The notes under the pieces: model-generated
Told to the model about the DNA's origin: nothing
The model's input: only the letters and a program-made list of their open reading frames with translations
The model's database searches: none
Source of the DNA: Nitrosomonas europaea
GTDB taxonomy: Bacteria > Pseudomonadota > Gammaproteobacteria > Burkholderiales > Nitrosomonadaceae
NCBI RefSeq assembly: GCF_900167395.1
Contig: NZ_FUWK01000002.1
Span: forward strand, 90,001 to 122,000
DNA: 32,000 nt
Reading direction: 5' to 3'
Made by a program: the position numbers and the translations under genes
In this document: one piece after another, positions 26,221 to 32,000 of the stretch
Layout of the letters: each line of letters begins with the position of its first letter
Position numbering within the stretch: the first letter of the stretch is position 1

Positions 26221-27081
26221 TCAGAACATGGCAAGGTAAGCCTGATTGATCTGCTTACCCCAGAACAGGGCGATCAGCCCGCCGCCAGCCAGATAAGGGC
26301 CAAAGGGAAGTGTCATGTTTTTCGAATGGCCGGCAGATAGAATCAGAACAGTACCAACGACGGCACCCACCACAGAAGAAAACAGAATGACCAGTGGCAG
26401 CAATTGCCAGCCCAGCCAGGCACCGATTGCAGCCAGCAGCTTGAAATCGCCGTATCCCATGCCTTCCTTGCCGGTCAGCAATCTGAACAGCCAGTAAACA
26501 CTCCAGAGCGTGAGATAACCTGCAACCGCACCGACCACAGCCGAATGAACATCGGTAAAACCGTTGTTCAGATTGACGATCAACCCTGTCCACAATAACG
26601 GCTGGGTGATACTGTCCGGTAAAAGCTGAGTATTCAGGTCGATAAAGGTCAGAACGATCATCGCCCACACAAAAACCAGGACAGCAAACAGAAGGCCACC
26701 GAAACCAAAATGCCAAGCGGCCAGACCGCTCAGAATGGCCGTCAGCGCTTCGACCAGAGGATAGCTGAACGGAATGCGCGTATGGCAACCGGAACACTGT
26801 CCTCGCAAAAAAAGGTAACTGATGATCGGGATATTTTCAAGAATGGAAATTTTATGCCCACACTGCGGACAACCGGATCCCGGTATAGCCAGGTTATATA
26901 CCGGCAGTGCTTTTATCTGTTCCCCGCGCAGCTCTGCACACTGTTGCTGCCACTCACGTTTCAGCATCTCGGGCAGCCGATAAATCACTACATTCAGGAA
27001 ACTGCCCAGGAGCAGGCCGATTATCGAGATGAACGAAACGAAAAAAAGAGATGAAGCCTGCAGGGTATCAAGAAAATTCAT
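26221..27081 (-). CDS. pilD: Type IV prepilin peptidase / N-methyltransferase
   Basis: 286-aa ORF with GSFLNVVIYRLP, the Cys motifs CPQCGH and CSGCH, and the catalytic-Asp region GMGYGDFKLLAAIGAWLG. Confidence 0.95.
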   Translation of the reverse strand: MNFLDTLQASSLFFVSFISIIGLLLGSFLNVVIYRLPEMLKREWQQQCAELRGEQIKALPVYNLAIPGSGCPQCGHKISILENIPIISYLFLRGQCSGCHTRIPFSYPLVEALTAILSGLAAWHFGFGGLLFAVLVFVWAMIVLTFIDLNTQLLPDSITQPLLWTGLIVNLNNGFTDVHSAVVGAVAGYLTLWSVYWLFRLLTGKEGMGYGDFKLLAAIGAWLGWQLLPLVILFSSVVGAVVGTVLILSAGHSKNMTLPFGPYLAGGGLIALFWGKQINQAYLAMF

Positions 27082-27128
27082 GTGCTGCCTGTCCGTTCCA
27101 ATCCAGTTTCAGAAATGAGAAAGGTTTA

Positions 27129-28349
27129 TCAGCCAACGACCTGACCCATTTTAAAGATGGGCAGGTACATGGCAACGACCATTCCACCAATGAGCGTCCC
27201 CAGCACAACCATGATGATCGGCTCCATCAGACTGGAGAGTGCTTCCACCGCATCATCCACTTCTGCCTCGAAAAAATCTGCAATTTTGCTGAGCATGGCA
27301 TCGAGCGAGCCTGATTCCTCACCGATGGAAACCATCTGCAACACCATGGAAGGAAACACATTGGTGGCTGTCATGGCATCTACCAGACTGCTGCCCGTGC
27401 TGACTTCATTCTGTATATTCCTGGTGGCTTCGAAATACACCTGATTTCCGGCCGCACCGGCCACGGAATTGAGCGCTTCGACCAGAGGGACACCCGCAGC
27501 AAACATAGTTGAAAGCGTGCGAGACCAGCGAGCGATAGTGGCTTTACGAATTACTTCTCCAAATATCGGCAACCTCAGCGCCAGTCGATCCATCACATGC
27601 TGCATCACTGTAGAGCGCTTCCATGTATAGAAGAATGCGTACAGCCCGCCACCGACGCACCCAAAAATTGCCCACCAGTAATCCACGAAGAAATCAGAAA
27701 TCGCCATCACCATCAGAGTGGGGGCAGGCAGATCGGCACCAAATCCCTGGAAAAGCTCTTTGAAGGCTGGAATCACGAATATCATGATCACTGCGGTAAT
27801 GACGAATGCAACCACGATTATCGAAATGGGGTAAAACAGAGCCGATTTGATTTTTCCCTTGATGGCCTGAATCTTTTCCTTATAGGTAGCCAGCCTGTCC
27901 AGCAAGCTGTCCAGAATACCGGCGGCCTCTCCGGCGGCCACCAGATTACAGAACAGGGAATCGAAATAAAGCGGATGTTTTCTGAAGGCATTGGCCAGAC
28001 TGTTACCTGTTTCCACATCGGACTTGATGTCCATCAGCAGTTTTCCCACGGCACGGTTGCTGTGTCCCTTACCCACGATATCAAATGCTTGCAGCAAAGG
28101 CACCCCTGATTTCATCATCGTCGCAAGCTGGCGTGTAAACAGCGTTATGTCCTTATCCGTTATTTTTCCACCAGCTCTGGCTTTGGTGATTTTCGTCACC
28201 CTGATACCCTGGCGGCGCAGTGTGGAAGTCACCACAACAGTACCGGCAGCACGCATCTCACCTTTGACTGCCTTGCCAGCCTTATCCTTTCCTTCCCACA
28301 GAAAATTGAACTCCTTGATTTTCTTTTCTGATGCAGCAACTGTCGCCAT
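27129..28349 (-). CDS. pilC: Type IV pilus assembly platform protein PilC (GspF family)
   Basis: 406-aa ORF containing two GspF repeats (ITLFTRQLATMMKSGVPLLQA and TIARWSRTLSTMFAAGVPLVEAL) and three TM segments. Confidence 0.95.
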   Translation of the reverse strand: MATVAASEKKIKEFNFLWEGKDKAGKAVKGEMRAAGTVVVTSTLRRQGIRVTKITKARAGGKITDKDITLFTRQLATMMKSGVPLLQAFDIVGKGHSNRAVGKLLMDIKSDVETGNSLANAFRKHPLYFDSLFCNLVAAGEAAGILDSLLDRLATYKEKIQAIKGKIKSALFYPISIIVVAFVITAVIMIFVIPAFKELFQGFGADLPAPTLMVMAISDFFVDYWWAIFGCVGGGLYAFFYTWKRSTVMQHVMDRLALRLPIFGEVIRKATIARWSRTLSTMFAAGVPLVEALNSVAGAAGNQVYFEATRNIQNEVSTGSSLVDAMTATNVFPSMVLQMVSIGEESGSLDAMLSKIADFFEAEVDDAVEALSSLMEPIIMVVLGTLIGGMVVAMYLPIFKMGQVVG

Positions 28350-28402
28350 ACCCGTTCCCTTTTGGTTTTCTGACTCGGATCATGGTTATTACGGCAAAAA
28401 TT

Positions 28403-29314
28403 TCAGGATGATTTAACCGGTATTTTTCTCATTTCTGCCAGACAGTCAGAAACGGTCGGATAACGTAACCGAACCCGTAATTCCCGTTTGATACGGTCAT
28501 TGGTCAAACGTCTTGATTCGAGCATAAAGGACAGGAGGCCCGGGGAAATCACTTTCCGCGCTTCCTGACGGGTAATTCTTTCCGGGCGGGACAAAGCAAA
28601 ATGATCTGCCACCAGATCGAAATATTCTCCCATTTTCAAACAGGAATCATCGCTTGCATGATAAATTCTGCCCGGCCTGCCAGAACGCAGCACTGCCACG
28701 ATAATGCGAGCCAGATCGTCAGCATGGATATGGTTGGTATAACTGTCCTCGGTCGACAACAGTACAGGTGTCCTCTGCTGCAAACGCTCGATCGGAAGTC
28801 GGTTGTGCGCATAGATTCCCGGCACACGCAGAATGGATACCTGTATCCGATTACGGATCCCCCAGCTTCTGACCTGACGTTCCGCATCCAGCCGCCTGAA
28901 TGCACGTGCATTTTTCGGGTTGGTTGGGTGACTTTCACTGACCCGGCTACCGCTGCAATCCCCGTACACCCCGCTGGTACTGATATAGATCAACCGTTGT
29001 GGTAGTATTCCCGTCTGTGTTTTTGATGAATGTCTGGAAAGCGCCGACAGCAGGTGTAAGGTGCGCATATCACGTTCGCCGTGACCCGGGGGCGGAGCAA
29101 GATGCAATATCGTGTGCGCAGCAAGTCCGGCTATTTTGTTGAGGCTTGCCGGTTGATCAAGATCGCCCGTTATCGGCCTGATACCCAGTGCACGCAGGTG
29201 GCCGGAATTTTCGGCTCTGCGACATAAACCAAACAGCTGGTAGTGTTTTTCGAGCAGACCAGCCGCTCTTGAAGCAATATCACCACATCCTACGATCAAC
29301 AGCTTATTTTTCAT
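28403..29314 (-). CDS. Atypical SDR / NAD-dependent epimerase-dehydratase family protein (YeeZ-like)
   Basis: 303-aa ORF with the N-terminal Rossmann motif LLIVGCGDIASR and ISTSGVYGD. The usual YxxxK catalytic pair appears to be replaced (NARAFRRLDAE), as in atypical SDRs such as E. coli YeeZ as I recall it. Confidence 0.7.
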   Translation of the reverse strand: MKNKLLIVGCGDIASRAAGLLEKHYQLFGLCRRAENSGHLRALGIRPITGDLDQPASLNKIAGLAAHTILHLAPPPGHGERDMRTLHLLSALSRHSSKTQTGILPQRLIYISTSGVYGDCSGSRVSESHPTNPKNARAFRRLDAERQVRSWGIRNRIQVSILRVPGIYAHNRLPIERLQQRTPVLLSTEDSYTNHIHADDLARIIVAVLRSGRPGRIYHASDDSCLKMGEYFDLVADHFALSRPERITRQEARKVISPGLLSFMLESRRLTNDRIKRELRVRLRYPTVSDCLAEMRKIPVKSS

Positions 29315-29343
29315 AACTCATATTTATAAATCATATCTCCCCG

Positions 29344-30390
29344 ATGGCGTCTTACCGTATTACCTTCAGGCCAAGCGGTCGTATCATCACCACTGAATCG
29401 ACCGAGACCATTCTTGAAGCAGCACTGCACCATGGATTATCCTTACCCTATGGCTGCCGTAATGGTTCTTGCGGCACATGCAAGGGAAAAATTATACAAG
29501 GGATCGTCGATTACGGCGTTCATAGCGAAGAAGCGCTGACGGAACAGGAAAAGAACCAGCAACTGGCACTCTTCTGCTGCGCCCGGCCTCTCTCTGATCT
29601 GGAAATAGAATGCCAGGAAATCGAAGCAATCAAAGACATCAAGATTCGCACCATGCCCTGTCGGGTACACAAACTGGAGCATGTTGCATCCGATGTCATG
29701 ATTATTTACCTGAAACTGCCCGCAAATGAACGGTTGCAGTTTCTGCCAGGCCAGTATATCGACATCCTGATGAAAGATGGTCAGCGCCGCAGCTTCTCTC
29801 TGGCCAATGCCCCCGCTAATGATGAATTTCTGCAGTTACATACCCGCAATTATGCAGGTGGGGTATTTTCAGAATACGTTTTTTCTCACATGAAGGAAAA
29901 AGATATTCTCCGGTTTGAAGGCCCTTTGGGATCGTTCTTTCTGCACGATGCGCCCAAGAAAGACACTCCCATTATCCTTCTTGCTGGCGGCACCGGCTTC
30001 GCACCGGTAAAAAGCATGCTGGAACATATTTTTCAAACAGAAAATACCCGTTTCACTCACAACACAATCAGGTTGTACTGGGGTGCACGAACCAGAGATG
30101 GTCTCTACTTGAGTAATCTGGCAGAAAAATGGGCAGCTGAGAATGAAAACTTCAGTTATATCCCGGTGCTATCCGAGCCACTCATAACTGATGACTGGCA
30201 GGGAAGAACCGGCCTGGTACATCAAGCTGTCATAAATGATATGAACACGTTGTCTGATTGTCAGGTTTACGCCTGTGGCGCGCCCGCCATGGTAAAAGCT
30301 GCTTTTGATGATTTCACTCATCAGCGCAATTTGCAGAGCGAAAATTTCTTCTCCGACGCATTCGTTCCTTCCAAACCGGCAACAGCCTGA
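29344..30390 (+). CDS. 2Fe-2S ferredoxin / FNR-type oxidoreductase (CDP-6-deoxy-delta-3,4-glucoseen reductase-like)
   Basis: 348-aa ORF with the plant-type ferredoxin Cys motif CRNGSCGTCKGK...C, the FAD motif RSFSLAN and the NAD(P) motif LLAGGTGFAP. Confidence 0.88.
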   Translation: MASYRITFRPSGRIITTESTETILEAALHHGLSLPYGCRNGSCGTCKGKIIQGIVDYGVHSEEALTEQEKNQQLALFCCARPLSDLEIECQEIEAIKDIKIRTMPCRVHKLEHVASDVMIIYLKLPANERLQFLPGQYIDILMKDGQRRSFSLANAPANDEFLQLHTRNYAGGVFSEYVFSHMKEKDILRFEGPLGSFFLHDAPKKDTPIILLAGGTGFAPVKSMLEHIFQTENTRFTHNTIRLYWGARTRDGLYLSNLAEKWAAENENFSYIPVLSEPLITDDWQGRTGLVHQAVINDMNTLSDCQVYACGAPAMVKAAFDDFTHQRNLQSENFFSDAFVPSKPATA

Positions 30391-30403
30391 GAAATCAGGC
30401 TGT
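30382..30403. terminator. Perfect 9-bp hairpin with a GAAA loop that contains both convergent stop codons (reductase and hemY)
   Basis: ACAGCCTGA (30382-30390), loop GAAA (30391-30394), then TCAGGCTGT (30395-30403). No U-tract on either side. Confidence 0.45.
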
Positions 30404-31564
30404 ACCGATCCGTTTCAGTGCAAAATCAAGCCCTTTGCGATAGTGTTCACTCGCTGCCTCCTGCTTGCCCAGTTTCTCGAATAACTGCGCCAGCGCAAGG
30501 TGCACCGGGTATCCCGGCTCGATTGACAAACTGGCTTCAAGGTAACTCTGTGCCTTACCCCACAACTCTCCGTAAGTGCAAAGTCTTCCCAGTGTCAGCA
30601 GCAAACCGGCATTGTTCGGATATTTTGCAAGCCAGCTTTCGGCACGCTGTATCTGCCAGCTGACCACCCCACTCTTACAGTCGGCATATAACGTCACGAG
30701 TTCCGGATATGGCTGAGCATCCAGGCCGTTCTCGATAATTTTCTGGGCTGTGGCATTATCCCCCAGGAAAATCAGGGCACGGGCAGCGGCTACCGCAAGT
30801 CTGCCATCGAGCTTTTCCCGATACGACAAACTCCCCCAATACTTTCTCAACGAGGCAATATCTTTCGCATTCTTTCTGATATTTTCCAGATGAGCGCGGA
30901 ATCGCAGCTCATCTATGAGAGTTCTATCAACAGCAGGTCGATTCACCAGCACCTTCGTCAATTCCAGTACAGCATCCCAGTTTCCAGCCATCTGACGCGC
31001 TTTCAACTCCAGTAACAGCACTGCTGTACTTTGCAAGCCACCGGTCGAGTAAAGCGATTGCAACGCGGCCAGCGCATCGCCATGGCGCCCCTCATCCAGC
31101 AGCAACTCTGCTTCGGCGATCAATGCAAGTGCCCGCCCCGCTGGCGCCTGCTCTCTGGCAACAGCCAGCAAACGGTCACGCAGCGCATAGTTTCTCTGCT
31201 GATGGGCTGACCGGGCTGCCACAACGGCGTTCAAAACCTTGATCGTTTGTCTGTCAGCCAGTCTGGCAGCTTTTTCTGCAAGCGCTACAGCTCTGTCATA
31301 GCGGGTTTCAAAGAATGCCTTCAGTCCGGACCGTGTCAGCTGTTCGACTTTCCTGCTGCGCAGACCGGACAAACCGGACAGCGCCCTCAGCAATGCATAA
31401 AACAGGATAAAAGCAAACAGCAAGATCAGAACGAATGTATTGAACGCAAGCTCAACTTTATAAGGCGGCACCGTAAACAGTACCGAACCCGTATTGTAAT
31501 ATGCAGTCAATACAATGACGGCCGCTGCCGCGAGCAGCGCCAACACCCACAATACCAGCTTCAT
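30395..31564 (-). CDS. hemY: HemY-family protein (heme biosynthesis-associated, TPR-containing membrane protein)
   Basis: 389-aa ORF with two N-terminal TM segments, a long helical/TPR-like region, and a C-terminal TPR (AQSYLEASLSIEP...LAQLFEKLGKQEAASEHYRKGL). It lies immediately downstream of hemX. Confidence 0.85.
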   Translation of the reverse strand: MKLVLWVLALLAAAAVIVLTAYYNTGSVLFTVPPYKVELAFNTFVLILLFAFILFYALLRALSGLSGLRSRKVEQLTRSGLKAFFETRYDRAVALAEKAARLADRQTIKVLNAVVAARSAHQQRNYALRDRLLAVAREQAPAGRALALIAEAELLLDEGRHGDALAALQSLYSTGGLQSTAVLLLELKARQMAGNWDAVLELTKVLVNRPAVDRTLIDELRFRAHLENIRKNAKDIASLRKYWGSLSYREKLDGRLAVAAARALIFLGDNATAQKIIENGLDAQPYPELVTLYADCKSGVVSWQIQRAESWLAKYPNNAGLLLTLGRLCTYGELWGKAQSYLEASLSIEPGYPVHLALAQLFEKLGKQEAASEHYRKGLDFALKRIGTA

Positions 31565-31586
31565 CCTTCTCCCCTTTCATGGTAAG

Positions 31587-32000
31587 TTAGTTGTAACGCA
31601 CGGCTTGCAGAAGTTTTCCGGTATCCGGCAACCGTGATCCGATATCGATGCCAGCCAGCCTCTCCAACTCTTTCAGTACATCTCTGACTGACTGAGCCTC
31701 GATATCAAAATACCGCTGTATCCAGTCTGATGCCGATTTGACAGCGGAACCAAAACTCTCCTCGTCCCGGGTCAGCAAGGCGAGACGAGCCAGTATCAAT
31801 TGCAACTCGATGTTTTCTTTCAGAAGGTGAGCTTGAGAAGGTGACAACAGGGGTATTCCCTGATCTGTCTTTTCAATTTTGACCAGTCGACTGAGATCCT
31901 CACCGATTTCACGCAGATAACGCTGCCACCATTCTGGTTCAGGCATATCATCGTATTTTTCAGATAAATCGACGTTGATCAGATGGGCTTCCATTGCCAG
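31587..32000 (-). CDS. hemX: HemX-family protein, C-terminal 137 codons (the N-terminus runs off the right edge)
   Basis: The reading frame stays open to base 32000, upstream of the Met listed in the track. The segment LLSPSQAHLLKENIELQLILARLALL...WIQRYFD matches the HemX C-terminal region as I recall it, and the hemX-hemY synteny supports the call. Confidence 0.7.
   Translation of the reverse strand: MAMEAHLINVDLSEKYDDMPEPEWWQRYLREIGEDLSRLVKIEKTDQGIPLLSPSQAHLLKENIELQLILARLALLTRDEESFGSAVKSASDWIQRYFDIEAQSVRDVLKELERLAGIDIGSRLPDTGKLLQAVRYN

Noticed and set aside
26255-26797. 180-aa alternative-frame ORF inside pilD on the same strand
   Set aside because: Its R-, G- and C-rich translation has no domain signature. 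The pilD frame carries all the conserved prepilin-peptidase motifs.
1-32000. Looked for CRISPR arrays, IS elements, transposases, integrases, tRNA/rRNA genes, toxin-antitoxin pairs and known defence genes
   Set aside because: I noticed no regularly spaced direct repeats, no terminal inverted repeats flanking an ORF, no cloverleaf-capable intergenic sequence, and no ORF with recombinase, nuclease or defence-type motifs. Every ORF of 140 aa or more is either assigned to a gene or rejected as a shadow ORF.

Overview
This window looks like ordinary core chromosome from a betaproteobacterium. The gene order supports that: fur divergent from bamE-dapB-apaH, then pilC-pilD-coaE-zapD-yacG, then hemX-hemY. 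Several proteins remind me of Nitrosomonas, but I cannot verify that without a search. I can support 33 protein-coding genes, two of them truncated by the window edges. They include a cupin, an LsrG-like ABM protein translationally coupled to an Fe-alcohol dehydrogenase, mtfA, a P2-type cation ATPase, a TonB-dependent receptor, fur, a PlsC-family acyltransferase, an alpha-carbonic anhydrase preceded by a small lipoprotein, a SAM methyltransferase, a tight nhaC / unknown-membrane-protein / DUF1275 operon, lplT, an atypical SDR and a 2Fe-2S/FNR-type reductase. The one clear RNA element is a tandem glycine riboswitch upstream of gcvT-gcvH-gcvPA-gcvPB, which is followed by a PfkB kinase. I found no rRNA, tRNA, CRISPR array, transposase, integrase or recognisable defence genes, and I see no convincing novel multi-gene system. 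The items most worth a second look are: (1) the TonB-dependent receptor next to fur carries the OprC-type CxxxM...HxM copper site; (2) the P-type ATPase has Val where P2 pumps have the conserved TM6 Asp; (3) a 455-nt structured non-coding gap lies between fur and the receptor; (4) the glycine-riboswitch core is complementary to the gcvT ribosome-binding site; (5) the uncharacterised nhaC-TM-DUF1275 operon; (6) several unusually tight or overlapping convergent gene ends, including a perfect hairpin that contains both stop codons. All family calls come from motifs and recalled sequences, not from database searches.
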